Source: an uncultured Acidobacteriota bacterium (GTDB taxonomy: Bacteria; Acidobacteriota; Terriglobia; UBA7540). From it: DNA of 64,000 nt. Both the position numbers and the translations under genes were made by a program. Shown here piece after piece: positions 20,125 to 30,479 of this stretch. Within the stretch, counting starts at the first letter, position 1, and every line of letters starts with the position of its first letter. The notes under the pieces are model-generated. The model worked only from the letters and a program-made list of their open reading frames with translations, did not search any database and had not been told where the DNA came from. The DNA lies in NCBI GenBank assembly GCA_963804995.1, contig CAWDSK010000009.1, positions 32,001 through 96,000 of the forward strand. Direction: 5' to 3'.

Positions 20125-20513
20125 CTCAACGGGTGCTCGCCCCCGTCGATAACCGAGCTGGGGGAGTGGAGGCGGCCGGGGTGGGGACGATCAGAAAAAG
20201 CTGGAGCGTCGGGCGGGCGTCTGCCGGAGGACCGGGAGCTGTGCCGTCGCACGAAGGTGGGCAAGGGGTAGGCACTGCGGGAGTATTCTTACTCGCTCCC
20301 CTGCCTCCTTCCGCCGGTTACCGGTTGGAGGAGGTGTGGCACGGGCGGGATGGGCAACCCGGTGATCGGATGATCGAGCCCTCTGGCCGTTGAGTGATCT
20401 TGCGAGCGGGCGCTTGAAGGACTCGCAAGTGATTCCCAGTTTCCCAGCGACCGAATTGAGCTCATGTTCCCGTGCCAACCCACCGATAACCGACACGGGG
20501 GAGTGTGTCACGG
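20125..20513 (+). repeat. Three further copies of the sigma-28-like motif in the opposite orientation
   Basis: CTCAA-N16-TCGATAA (20125), CTCGC-N17-CCGGTTA (20292), CTCAT-N17-CCGATAA (20461), each followed by a GG(A/G)G..GTG(TG) leader; linker 20340-20460 is homologous to inverted 16310-16435. Confidence 0.8.
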
Positions 20514-20741
20514 ACGCGGCTAAGTCGGCTCAGTCGGTCAGGTTAGCTGTCATCCCTGCCTCCTTCTGGGATCGAGCCCTCGATTCAGCCTCGACCGCCC
20601 TGCGCCGCGGTGAAGCCTGCTACAACATCCGTTGTTGAGACCGCGGGCCGTCGTTGTTATGATGTGGCTGCCTGTTCCGGACTTGACGCTCCGGGCAGTC
20701 ACCGCGTTACGAACGCGGCGAGACTATCACGAGGAGATACG

Positions 20742-21695
20742 ATGGCAGATCATTGGACTCGAAGGGAGTTTGGGATGGCGCTCGGTGCGCTGAGCGCAGG
20801 CGCGATGCTGGGCGGCGCAGCGCCGGGAAAGGAATCCTTGCCGTTCAAATTAGGTGTCATCACGGATGAAATAACTCAGGATCTCAACAAGGCCCTCGAC
20901 TTTATTGGCAGCTACTCGCTTTCATATTGTGAACTGCGCGAAATTTGGGGCAGGAATCTCATGTCCCTTCCCCAGGCTGACCTGGACCGCGCCAAACAGA
21001 CAATCGACAAGCACCAGATGCACGTCGCAGAAATCGCTTCGCCCCTCTTCAAATACAATCTGCCGGAAATGCCGGCCAAGGGGTCTGAGAAGCGCGACAC
21101 GTTCATGGCCAGTTACACGGATCAGGATACCGAGGGATTGCTGAAGAAGGCCTTCCAGCTTGCGCATTTCTTCGGGACGTCCAAGGTGCGAATTTTCAGC
21201 TATTGGCGCGTCGAAGAACCGGAGAAAGCTTTCCCCCACATTCGCACCCGCCTGGCAAAGGCCGCGGCCATGGCAGCGGAGAACAAGATCACGTTACTGC
21301 TCGAAAACGAACCAACCTGCAATGTCGCCACAGGCAAAGAATTGGGGCGCATGGTTCGCGAGGTCAACTCGCCTGCCCTGCGCGCCATGTGGGATCCCGC
21401 CAACGCCGTGGTTACGGGAGAAGTGCCGTATCCCGACGGTTACCAACACATCCGGGGTCTTTACCAGCACGTGCATGCCAAGGATGTGAAAATGGGTCCT
21501 AAGGCCGGTGATTTTCATTGGCTGCCGGTCGGCGGCGGCGTGGTCGACTGGCATGGACAGTGCCAAGCTCTGATCAAGGACGGCTACCACGGGACGATGT
21601 CACTGGAAACCCATTACCGCCGGCCGGACGGGAATGCTGTCGAGAGCTCGCGCGAGTCGCTGGAAGGGTTGTTGAAGGTTTTGAAGAACGTTTAG
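20742..21695 (+). CDS. Tat-exported sugar phosphate isomerase/epimerase (TIM barrel)
   Basis: TRREF Tat motif, LGVITDEI, VRIFSYW, LLLENE, WDPAN, HVHAKD, SLETH; GAGGAG SD. Confidence 0.88.
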   Translation: MADHWTRREFGMALGALSAGAMLGGAAPGKESLPFKLGVITDEITQDLNKALDFIGSYSLSYCELREIWGRNLMSLPQADLDRAKQTIDKHQMHVAEIASPLFKYNLPEMPAKGSEKRDTFMASYTDQDTEGLLKKAFQLAHFFGTSKVRIFSYWRVEEPEKAFPHIRTRLAKAAAMAAENKITLLLENEPTCNVATGKELGRMVREVNSPALRAMWDPANAVVTGEVPYPDGYQHIRGLYQHVHAKDVKMGPKAGDFHWLPVGGGVVDWHGQCQALIKDGYHGTMSLETHYRRPDGNAVESSRESLEGLLKVLKNV

Positions 21696-21828
21696 ACGTC
21701 AGAAGCCAGGAGACAGTAGATGGCAAACTGCAGCCGGTAACCAGGCGCGAGGTCAAGACCGTCTTTCTGTACCGAGTCCTTGTAGACAACACACCGCCTA
21801 CTGGCTCCTGGCTCCACCTACCACCTCA

Positions 21829-23004
21829 ATGTTCTCATCCCGCACCGGCTGGCCACTTACTCCGAACCGCCTCTCCAAACTCATCGAGGAGCGCCGCTCG
21901 AGCGGCCTGCCATGGCTCGACCTGACGGAATCAAATCCCACGCGCTGCGGTTTCGTGTTCGACGCAGAAGCCATTCTTGCTCCCCTTCACGATGCCCGCG
22001 CGCTCACCTATGAGCCTGACCCGCACGGCCCGCGCGTGGCCAGGGAAGCGGTGGCAGAATACTATTCTGAGCGCGGAGTCCAGCTTCACCCCGACCAGAT
22101 TTTTCTTACCTCCAGCACTAGTGAAGCGTACTCCTTCGTCTTCCGTCTCCTCGCGAACCCGGGCGACAGAATTCTTGCTCCCCAACCGAGTTATCCGCTT
22201 TTCGATTTCCTGGGCGGGCTGAATGACGTGGAAGTTCTCCCCTACCCGCTGGTTTACCACCAAGGCTGGCAATTGGATCTGGAAGCTCTGGTGACGCGAG
22301 CGGAGTCACGCCCTCGCGCGGTGCTGGTGGTCCACCCTAATAACCCCACAGGTTCGTATGTCCAAAGGGCCGAGCTTAAGCAGATCATTGAAACCTGCGG
22401 CCACTCGCAGGCAGCCCTCATCGCCGATGAAGTCTTCGCCGATTATGCCTTCACCTCCGATCCCGATCGAGTCCGGAGCCACGCGCAGGTCTCCGATGGG
22501 CTCACCTTCACTTTCAGCGGGCTGTCCAAAATCTCCGCTTTGCCGCAGATGAAGCTGGCCTGGATTGTGGTGAGCGGGCCGCCGGATCTTCGCGCCGACG
22601 CACAAGCGCGCCTGGAAGTGATCGCGGACACTTACCTATCGGTCAGCACGCCCATTGCGCTTGCCGCGCCCCGGTGGCTCGCCTATCGGCGCGAGATTCA
22701 GCCCCAGATTCTGGAACGGGTGAAATCAAATCTGCGGCAGCTCGATGCCCTTCTATCTCCGCGCTTGCCCGTGAGCCGGCTTCAGGTGGAAGGTGGTTGG
22801 TATGCGATCCTGCGGATTCCTTCGACGCGTAGCGACGGAGATTGGGTGGTAGAACTACTCACCCAGGAAGGTGTGCTGGTACATCCTGGACACTTTTATG
22901 ATTTCCCCTCGGATGGTTTTCTCGTCCTGAGCCTGCTGCCCCCTCTGGAGACCTTTGCGGAAGCCCTTCGCAAGACCATCGCGCACATTTGCTCTCGGAG
23001 CTGA
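21829..23004 (+). CDS. PLP-dependent aminotransferase class I/II
   Basis: PSYPLF, HPNNPTG, IADEVF, SGLSK. Confidence 0.92.
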   Translation: MFSSRTGWPLTPNRLSKLIEERRSSGLPWLDLTESNPTRCGFVFDAEAILAPLHDARALTYEPDPHGPRVAREAVAEYYSERGVQLHPDQIFLTSSTSEAYSFVFRLLANPGDRILAPQPSYPLFDFLGGLNDVEVLPYPLVYHQGWQLDLEALVTRAESRPRAVLVVHPNNPTGSYVQRAELKQIIETCGHSQAALIADEVFADYAFTSDPDRVRSHAQVSDGLTFTFSGLSKISALPQMKLAWIVVSGPPDLRADAQARLEVIADTYLSVSTPIALAAPRWLAYRREIQPQILERVKSNLRQLDALLSPRLPVSRLQVEGGWYAILRIPSTRSDGDWVVELLTQEGVLVHPGHFYDFPSDGFLVLSLLPPLETFAEALRKTIAHICSRS

Positions 23005-23070
23005 ACCTGATAGCAACGTTCCGCATGCGCCATCCCGCCTAAGGGCTTTCGGGCAGGGTGTTCTTCCGCA

Positions 23071-25095
23071 CTAAAACGAACCCTTCCCCGCCGCTTCCAC
23101 AAGTTTGCGAACCGGCGCCACAATCATCAGCAGGAGTTCCGCGCGAGGTTTGGCTGCCAAGCCCAGCAAAACGAGTTGGTCCTTGACCCAGGATTCCGGG
23201 GCGGGCTTGCCGGCGTCGAGATAATCCAACGCCTCCAGCCCGGCGCGCGCCACGGCCGACAGGTCTTCGGCCAAGGGAATATCTTCCCGCAAGAGTGCGG
23301 ACTGCTCAAGCAGGGGTAGCAGCGCCTCACGACTGTCGCGCCATGCGATGAGTTGCCTGCGGACCGCATCTTTATACGCGCTGAGGTGATCCACACTAAC
23401 GGCAAAGACCCGCGCCTTCTCAGAATACGGGGGCACACTGTCAACCAGGCGATTAAGTGGAGTAAAACTGGTATAAGGTTGAGCGTGCGCGCGTCCATAT
23501 CGCTTGACAGGTTCTACGACGCCGGCCAGCGTTTCAAGCGCCTGGGATGATTGCCCCCCTCCCAGGCGCGCGCGCATCAAGGAGAGATGGGTATGATGCG
23601 TCACGCCCACCCAATCGAGTTCGCGGTCGATGACGGCGAGCCGCTGATACAGGGAATCGACGTCCTTCACTTGCTGGGGAGACCAATACCTTTCGGCAAT
23701 AGCCGCGGTGGTGGGCCAGATCCGCGAGTCAATAGTTTCCGAGGTCACGATCTCGCTCCACATACACGCTTCCCCACCCAAAATGTGAGAGGCGTGTTCG
23801 GGCGTCAGGGAGGCAGCCGCGCCTTCCAGGGGATCGACCAGGTAATAGTCCGCGGGCGATAACGCGTAATCGAGGTAATAGCCGTGGGAAAGAATGCTCA
23901 TGTATCCCAGTTGCGCGGCCTTGGCCAGGGACTCCGCCCCGCGCCAGGAGTGCACAACAATGTCCTGCGGAAGGTCGGAGTGAAATATTTCGTCCCACCC
24001 GATCATTTTCTTGCCGTGCTTCTGAACAATCGGCAGCAGGCGCCCATTGAAGTAAAGCTGCAGGTCAGCGTTATTTTTCATCTCGTGGTTTTTCTTGAAC
24101 GCCACGATTTCAGGATTCCTGTTCCACTGTTTCCCGTTGACCTCGTCACCGCCCACGTGCAGGTACTCATCGGGAAAGAGCGCGGCGACCTCACCCAGCA
24201 AACCATCAAGAAAGGTGTAGATTTCATCGCGGGTGGGATCGAGAGTGGGATCGAAAATTCCCCACTTGCGTTCGATCTGATAGGGGCCGGGGGAGCTTGC
24301 GAGCTCTGGGTACCCCACGTACCAACTCGTGGTGTGGCCGGGCATATCAAATTCCGGGATGACGCGAATCCCGCGGTCGCGTGCGTAGGCGATCAGGCCG
24401 GTCATCTGAGCCTGTGTGAAGTAGTGACCGTCTGAGCCCATTTCCTGAAGCTTGGGATACTTCTTGCTCTCCAGGCGAAACCCCTGATCGTCGCTGAGGT
24501 GAAGATGCAAAACATTAAGCTTCACCGCAGCCATGGCATCAAGGTTGCGCTTCAACACCTCTGCGGGCATCCAGTGACGAGCCACGTCAATCATCAAGCC
24601 GCGCCAGGGAAAGCGCGGGTGGTCCACGATGCGCAGCGCCGGCGCGCCGAACCCTTGGGAATCGAGATCGACCAGTTGCAGAAAAGTTTCAATTCCGCGC
24701 AGCACACCGACGGGGGTGGGAGCTGTAAGGCGCGCCAATTGTGTTGTCACCTCGAGTTGATAGGATTCCTCTTCCCTCACCGATTGGATTTTCTCCCCCT
24801 CGTGATCGCAGTGAATCGAGAGCGTCGCTTTGGCAGGGTCCGTTTCGAGCGCGTCGCTCATGGGAATGCCAGTCCGCTGGGAGAGACGCTCGATCAATCG
24901 CGCCGCAGCCGCCTCCAGACGCGGCTCGCGGTATCCCTCGAGGGCCACGCGGAAATTGCCGTCGATTACGAGCCGGCCCGAACCCGGCGTCAATTCCGCC
25001 GGTTGCGGCATCAGGTTAGTGCTTTGAGCTTGAGCGGGAGGAATGCCCAGCACTGCAAACAGAATGAATCCAACCAAGAAAATCACGTCCTTCAT
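23071..25095 (-). CDS. Beta-N-acetylhexosaminidase, glycoside hydrolase family 20
   Basis: DHPRFPWRGLMIDVARH, HLSDDQGFR, EFDMPGH, HVGGDE, GGEACMWSE; signal peptide (alternative start 25125). Confidence 0.95.
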   Translation of the reverse strand: MKDVIFLVGFILFAVLGIPPAQAQSTNLMPQPAELTPGSGRLVIDGNFRVALEGYREPRLEAAAARLIERLSQRTGIPMSDALETDPAKATLSIHCDHEGEKIQSVREEESYQLEVTTQLARLTAPTPVGVLRGIETFLQLVDLDSQGFGAPALRIVDHPRFPWRGLMIDVARHWMPAEVLKRNLDAMAAVKLNVLHLHLSDDQGFRLESKKYPKLQEMGSDGHYFTQAQMTGLIAYARDRGIRVIPEFDMPGHTTSWYVGYPELASSPGPYQIERKWGIFDPTLDPTRDEIYTFLDGLLGEVAALFPDEYLHVGGDEVNGKQWNRNPEIVAFKKNHEMKNNADLQLYFNGRLLPIVQKHGKKMIGWDEIFHSDLPQDIVVHSWRGAESLAKAAQLGYMSILSHGYYLDYALSPADYYLVDPLEGAAASLTPEHASHILGGEACMWSEIVTSETIDSRIWPTTAAIAERYWSPQQVKDVDSLYQRLAVIDRELDWVGVTHHTHLSLMRARLGGGQSSQALETLAGVVEPVKRYGRAHAQPYTSFTPLNRLVDSVPPYSEKARVFAVSVDHLSAYKDAVRRQLIAWRDSREALLPLLEQSALLREDIPLAEDLSAVARAGLEALDYLDAGKPAPESWVKDQLVLLGLAAKPRAELLLMIVAPVRKLVEAAGKGSF

Positions 25096-25478
25096 CCTCA
25101 CCTCAGTCCAATGATCTGGTTTCATTTGGCTGCCGATAAATGTCTTGTCGCGCTAACCCCGGCGACTGGCAGCCATAACGCAGGCAAGACGATAGATGAA
25201 CCGGCCCGCATTTGCAACCGCGGCGGCGAACCTTCGGGTCGAAGCGCTCCGTCACAATCCGGCAATGCTGGAACAAAAGATGCTTAGCCCTCTCCGAGGG
25301 GAGAGGGTGGACCGCCGCCGGCGTTTTCATCAGCCGGGGCGGGACGGGTGAGGGGTCACTTCGCGACTGAAGCACGCATGGCCCTGGGTTTAAGCGGCAC
25401 CCGCGACCTTGGCAGAGCACTGCCTCAATATGATTGCAGCGCGCCAAACAAGCGAGTAGTCTGTAGGTCTGGGAAGAT

Positions 25479-25751
25479 ATGGCCAGAGGCTGGGAAAGCA
25501 AATCGGTGGAATTGCAGATTGAATCCTCGCGGTCCGAGCGCGGGGAACCCCGCAAGAATCAACTCACTCTTGAAATGGCCGAGGCGCGCCGTAAGAAGGA
25601 ATCGTTGCTTCTGGCCCGGACCCACGTGCTACAGCAGATCGAGGCCAGCCAAAACCCCCGCCATCGTGCCATGCTGGAAACCGCCCTCGCTGACCTGGAA
25701 AAGCAAATTGCGAGGCTGGGCGTACCCGCTCAATCACCGGACAGCAGGTAG
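25479..25751 (+). CDS. Small coiled-coil hypothetical protein (MARGWESKSVE...)
   Basis: Protein-like helical composition; N-terminus resembles acidobacterial hypothetical proteins (recalled, not searched). Confidence 0.65.
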   Translation: MARGWESKSVELQIESSRSERGEPRKNQLTLEMAEARRKKESLLLARTHVLQQIEASQNPRHRAMLETALADLEKQIARLGVPAQSPDSR

Positions 25752-25849
25752 CCACGGTCAGTGCATTTCTGACCGTGGGTTCTTCAGTCGTGCAAGCCTT
25801 CAGCTCTCAGCTTTCAGCTACCGCAGGTAGCGCAGCGCGGGCATGTTTC

Positions 25850-26502
25850 GTAGTGCGGTCCCCCGGTTTTGGGGTCCGCGGTTCTTGGTTTGAAAAATTC
25901 GCAAAACCCGCCAATACGTGCGGCCACATTCGCTCAGAGGGCAGACGAAGAGCCGCCCCGATGCATCGGGGCGCTACGAGGTTTGCAGCCTCTGCATAGT
26001 TAGCATCATGCGTAGCGCGGTCCCCCGGTTTTGGGGTCCGCGGTACTTGGTTTGAAAAATTCGCAAAACCCCTCAATACGTGCGGCCACATTCGCTCAGA
26101 GGGCAGACGAAGAGCCGCAGACCTCAACAACGGAGGTCTGCGCTACGAGGTTTGCAGCCTCTGCATAGTTAGCATCATGCGTAGCGCGGTCCCCCGGTTT
26201 TGGGGTCCGCGGTTCTTGGTTTGAAAAATTCGCAAAACCCGCCAATACGTGCGGCCACATTCGCTCAGAGGGCAGACGAAGAGCCGCAGACCTCAACAAC
26301 GGAGGTCTGCGCTACGAGGTTTGCAGCCTCTGCATAGTTAGCATCATGCGTAGCGCGGTCCCCCACTTTTGGGGTCCGCGGTTCTTTGTTTGGAAAACCA
26401 GTAAATCTCCCCCACGAGCGGGTGCGCCACGACTGCTTCTTCCGAACGATACCTTCACTCCATTGACGCACGAAGAACCGCCTCGATGCATCGGGGCGCT
26501 AC
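25850..26502. repeat. Tandem array of 4 GTAG REP-doublet units (BIME-like)
   Basis: Units start at 25850, 26012, 26181, 26350 (periods 162/169/169), each GTAGCGCGGTCCCC...GCGCTAC; lies between convergent genes. Confidence 0.92.
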
Positions 26503-26564
26503 GCCCTTACCCCGTCAGACTTCGTCTTTCGGGCAATACACGATCGACAATCGAAAATCGCCAA

Positions 26565-29258
26565 TCATTCATACCGCAGCGCCACCATGGGATCGACCTT
26601 GGTCGCCCGGCGGGCAGGAAGGTACGCCGCAAGTAGCGTGATCCCGACCACAATTGTTGTTGCGACTGTGAGCGAGATGGGATCGGCGGGCGAGAGGTCA
26701 AACAGCATCTTAGAAACCAGCCGCGACGCACCGAGGGCAACTGGCAGGCCTATGGTCAACCCGATTGCGATCAAGCGCAGCGAGTCTGAGAGGACGAGAC
26801 GCAAAATGCCACTCGGTTCCGCTCCCAGAGCCATGCGCACACCGATCTCGGATGTACGGCCGGCCACCGAATACGACATCAGCCCGTAGAGTCCAATGGC
26901 CACCAAAAGCAGCGCCAGACCGCCGAAAACATCTGAGAGCAACGCTAGAACGCGATCGTATACGAGTGAGTTACTCACAGACTGCGCTAGGGTTTCAGAG
27001 TAGAAGACGTACTCCTGTCCGGAGGCTTCGATCCGCCGACGCGCGACCTCGAGAACCGCCCTCGGATCTCCGTACGTTTTGATTTCAACGTAGGCAGTCA
27101 TGGGATTTGATTGTTGGAAGAAACACAAATAGAACGCCAACGGTCTATGATTTCGAACATAGAAGAGATTGGCATCATTGACCACTCCGACAATTTGAAG
27201 GCGCTGGTTACTGGTTTCGGATGTCACCGTGATCGATTGGCCAACGGCATCGCCTGTGGGAAAGAATCGCTGGGCAAGACTTCGGCTGACGATCACGACT
27301 GCGGGTGCATGCTGGTCATCATGAAAACTGAAGTCGCGCCCCTGAAGCACGCGAATACCCATAGTGCGGAAAAAGTTCGGCGAGATTGAGTGCGCATCCG
27401 CGTCAACGCGGCTGTCCATAGGGTTCACCCCCGAGCCTCGGGAGACCGGCTTTGTCCACTTGACGCTCACCCGCCAGATCGGCTCAAGTTTGGACAGGCC
27501 GACGGATCGGACACCCGGTAGACGACCCAGTTCGTCGATTAAAGTGCGGTAGTAGGTGGCACCATCGAAGTCTTTGTAGCGTCCGGGCTTTGGTTGGAGC
27601 CAGAGACCTAGAACTTTGCCAGGTTCAAAGCCCAGATCGAGCGAACGGAGCCTCGCCAGATTCCTGGTGAAAAGGCTTGCACCCATCATGAGCACTAGCG
27701 ACAACCCCACTTGAGCCCCTATCAGCATCTTGCCAGCTTTCCAGGCCCCACTACCTCTACTGGACAATCCCGCGGGGTGCCGTATGAGGTGGGCTGGGTC
27801 CTGCTGCCGCGCCACCCAAGCTGGCAAAAGGCTGAACAGGCTGCCCGTGAGACACGCCACCACACCCGTAAACAACAGGATTCGCCAATCGGGTCTGAGG
27901 TTAAGGGCAACGGGAAAGAGGCCGGTCCAGACGAAGCGGACCAACACGCCGCTTGCTCCATAGGCAAGTGGCAAACCCAAGATAGCGCCACCCATCGACA
28001 ACATAGCGCCCTCGGTCATGACTTGCCGTGTGAGCCGCCACCGCGTGGCTCCCAGGGCGACCCGGATGCCCATCTCGTGCAGCCGGTTGGCTGCCCGCGC
28101 CACCAGAAGACTGGCCAGGTTCACACAGGCAATGAGAAGAAGCAGTCCGGCACCGGCCATCAACACCCAAAGGGGCCGCTCAAACTGCAACAGCGACGTG
28201 GAGAGGACTCCAGCCGCCGCCGGTTCAACCTGGATGCGCTGCCTCAAGAACTGCTCTCTTTGCTCGCCATTCAACTGCGCGGGAATTGCCGATTGCAGAA
28301 TCGCCGGCCACAGCGCTTCCATCCCGATACGGGCCTTTGCCACACTCACACCGGGTTGGAGCCGGGCGATAAGCCAATAACCCTGGTCTTGGCGGTTCCA
28401 GAGCATTTCCTCAGTCATCAGTGGCGGACCGAGCGGAACCCAAACATCGAAGGATACCCCCACCATCGGGCCGAAGAAGGCCCTTGGGGTGACCCCGACG
28501 ATTGTGTAGGGATGACCGTTGATCTTCAGTGTCTTGCCCAGCACATCGGGGCTCCCACCGTAACGGACTTGCCAGAAGCCATAGCTAATCACCACCGAAT
28601 TCCCAGATGTTGCTGCCCCAGATTTGAAATCTTCCGGGCCGAACAGGCGACCCATCAAAGGTCGAGTGCGAAGAGTCTGAAAGTACTCTGGGGCTACCTC
28701 GCTGACGGCGCCGGGCGCGGACTCCCCGTTGACCTCGAGTGGCACGACAGGACCACTCCACGCAGACACGCTGGAGAACACCTTTGACTCACCGGCGATT
28801 TCAGTGGCCATCGCATACGAGAACAAGCCGCGCTGGTGATTGGGAACGACCGTCCACAACTCAACCAGTTCACCTGGGTTTGACACGGGTAGCGGCCGCA
28901 ATAGCAAAGCGTTAATCAGTCCGAAAATGGCCGCGTTGGCGCCGATGCCGAGCGCGAGCGTCAGCACGGCAACCGCCGTGAAGCCGGGGTTCTTGCGCAA
29001 CTGGCGCACGCCGAAGCGCAAGTCCTGCCAGAGCGTTTCTGCCCAATTCCAGCCCCACATCTCCCTGCTTCTCTCTTGCGCCAAGGTCACGTTGCCGAAC
29101 CGGCGCAACGCGGCATAGTGGGCTTCCTCGGGCGGCATGCCGGATTCCAGGTTCTCCTGCTCCTCCATTTCGAGATGCGAGCGAATCTCTTCCGCGAGAT
29201 CGTCCACCGGCTTCCGAAACAGCGCCCCGAGTTTGGAAAGCTTCCGACGCCAGGTCAT
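26565..29258 (-). CDS. ADOP family duplicated ABC permease (MacB/FtsX-like, acidobacterial)
   Basis: [67 protein letters not shown]. Confidence 0.95.
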   Translation of the reverse strand: MTWRRKLSKLGALFRKPVDDLAEEIRSHLEMEEQENLESGMPPEEAHYAALRRFGNVTLAQERSREMWGWNWAETLWQDLRFGVRQLRKNPGFTAVAVLTLALGIGANAAIFGLINALLLRPLPVSNPGELVELWTVVPNHQRGLFSYAMATEIAGESKVFSSVSAWSGPVVPLEVNGESAPGAVSEVAPEYFQTLRTRPLMGRLFGPEDFKSGAATSGNSVVISYGFWQVRYGGSPDVLGKTLKINGHPYTIVGVTPRAFFGPMVGVSFDVWVPLGPPLMTEEMLWNRQDQGYWLIARLQPGVSVAKARIGMEALWPAILQSAIPAQLNGEQREQFLRQRIQVEPAAAGVLSTSLLQFERPLWVLMAGAGLLLLIACVNLASLLVARAANRLHEMGIRVALGATRWRLTRQVMTEGAMLSMGGAILGLPLAYGASGVLVRFVWTGLFPVALNLRPDWRILLFTGVVACLTGSLFSLLPAWVARQQDPAHLIRHPAGLSSRGSGAWKAGKMLIGAQVGLSLVLMMGASLFTRNLARLRSLDLGFEPGKVLGLWLQPKPGRYKDFDGATYYRTLIDELGRLPGVRSVGLSKLEPIWRVSVKWTKPVSRGSGVNPMDSRVDADAHSISPNFFRTMGIRVLQGRDFSFHDDQHAPAVVIVSRSLAQRFFPTGDAVGQSITVTSETSNQRLQIVGVVNDANLFYVRNHRPLAFYLCFFQQSNPMTAYVEIKTYGDPRAVLEVARRRIEASGQEYVFYSETLAQSVSNSLVYDRVLALLSDVFGGLALLLVAIGLYGLMSYSVAGRTSEIGVRMALGAEPSGILRLVLSDSLRLIAIGLTIGLPVALGASRLVSKMLFDLSPADPISLTVATTIVVGITLLAAYLPARRATKVDPMVALRYE

Positions 29259-29365
29259 AGTTAGCTCTCAGTCATCAGCTATCAGCTATCAGCTCTCAGC
29301 GTTCAGCTACCACCCGCCGGGTTGTTCCAAGCACGCCCCACCGAGGATGAAAATGCGCGGCGCGC

Positions 29366-29460
29366 TTTGGAGTGCGGTCGCAGCAGCTACCGCCTTCCGC
29401 CTCCTGTTCATGCGGCGACGGTGCCAGGGAAAGCGGTAGCTGCTGCGACCGCACTCCAAA
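29366..29460. repeat. TGGAGTGCG-type palindromic REP element (related 36860-36975; half copy 16167-16203)
   Basis: 28-bp inverted arms TTTGGAGTGCGGTCGCAGCAGCTACCGC / GCGGTAGCTGCTGCGACCGCACTCCAAA. Confidence 0.85.
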
Positions 29461-29503
29461 GTGCCTGCGGCACAGGTATTCCCCGGACTCGGCGGGCCGC
29501 AGA

Positions 29504-29602
29504 ATGCCCGTGCGTGGGTCCCCAGCGCAAGGTGCGCAGAATCAGCATGTCGAGCGAGCCGTAAACAAGTTCAATGCGGTCTTGGGAGGATTGCTTTGCC
29601 AT
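29504..29602 (-). pseudogene. Truncated acidobacterial PadR-family regulator
   Basis: RIELVYGSLDMLILRTLRWGPTHGH, then similarity stops; usual position upstream of ADOP. Confidence 0.8.
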
Positions 29603-29630
29603 AGTGGCAGGTAATCTACTACTCCGGGTG

Positions 29631-29643
29631 GTAGATTGTCTAC
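29631..29643. promoter_or_regulatory. Putative PadR operator palindrome
   Basis: GTAGA-TTG-TCTAC just upstream of the padR start. Confidence 0.55.
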
Positions 29644-29670
29644 TAAATAAAAGGGGTGGGCAGATTGCCG

Positions 29671-29716
29671 TAGAGGCGGCTTAAAGCCGCCATTGGGCGG
29701 GTAAGCTCGCGGCTAC
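29671..29716. repeat. GTAGAGGCGG-type REP (related about 36752, 48090-48139, 56404-56451, 58124-58149)
   Basis: GTAGAGGCGGCTT..AGCCGCCATT.GGCG.GGTAA.CTCGC.GCTAC. Confidence 0.75.
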
Positions 29717-29723
29717 AACTTTC

Positions 29724-30125
29724 TCACTCGCTCTTGTCGAATTTAAGTGACGCGGAATTAATGCAGTAGCGGAGGTGGGTGGGCGCGGGGCCGTCCTCAA
29801 ACGCGTGCCCCAGATGCGCGTTGCACTTGGAGCACTCGACTTCGGTCCGCCGCATGCCGTAAGTGAGGTCAGTTTCCAGTTGGACATTTTCCTTTGCCAC
29901 CGGCGCATAGAAGCTCGGCCAACCGCTGCCGGAATCGAATTTGGTTTCGGAATCAAAGAGTGGGTTGCCACAGCAGACACAGCGGAACATCCCTTTTTCG
30001 TGCAGGTCCCAGTATTGGCCGGAGAAGGCACGCTCCGTACCCTTGCGGCGCGTCACCTCAAACTCCGCCGGAGTGAGGACTTGCTTCCATTCGGCTTCGG
30101 TCTTCACCACTTTTTCATCGCTCAC
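29724..30125 (-). CDS. msrB: Peptide-methionine (R)-S-oxide reductase
   Basis: GTERAF, KFDSGSGWPSF, HLGHAFEDGP, RYCINSASL. Confidence 0.96.
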   Translation of the reverse strand: MSDEKVVKTEAEWKQVLTPAEFEVTRRKGTERAFSGQYWDLHEKGMFRCVCCGNPLFDSETKFDSGSGWPSFYAPVAKENVQLETDLTYGMRRTEVECSKCNAHLGHAFEDGPAPTHLRYCINSASLKFDKSE

Positions 30126-30479
30126 AATCCCCTCCCTCTGTGGGGGTCGCCGCGGCTGAAAGTTCGCCGATCTTAATCGTGGACAACCGTTCGGCCCGGG
30201 CCAGCGCCGCCCCGGCTGGAGAGTCCGCCGATCTTAATCGTGGACGACCGTTCGGCCCTGGGGCGCAGGGCGCTGGCCCCTACGTTCTTGTTGCGGCCAG
30301 AGGCCGCGCTTCGACCCAATCTGCATTTCCTTCCGGAAATTAGATTTCGCCCTAATTAAGAGATGGATTCGACGCCCAGTTGGTTGCAGATTTTTCCGGT
30401 CCGCTGCGGCCACCCTTCCTGACCCGTGGTGAGAAATCCGCGTTAGCCCTTCGAATCGTGTCACTCGTATTGAAGCAGG

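Noticed and set aside
25125..25142. GCCGATAA as another array copy
   Set aside because: No CTCAT/TAAA at the right spacing and no GGGGAGTG leader
25850..26502. CRISPR array and repeated ORFs MLRSAALRLPSERMW
   Set aside because: Whole 162-169 bp units are duplicated with no unique spacers; these are REP tandems and the ORFs are artefacts
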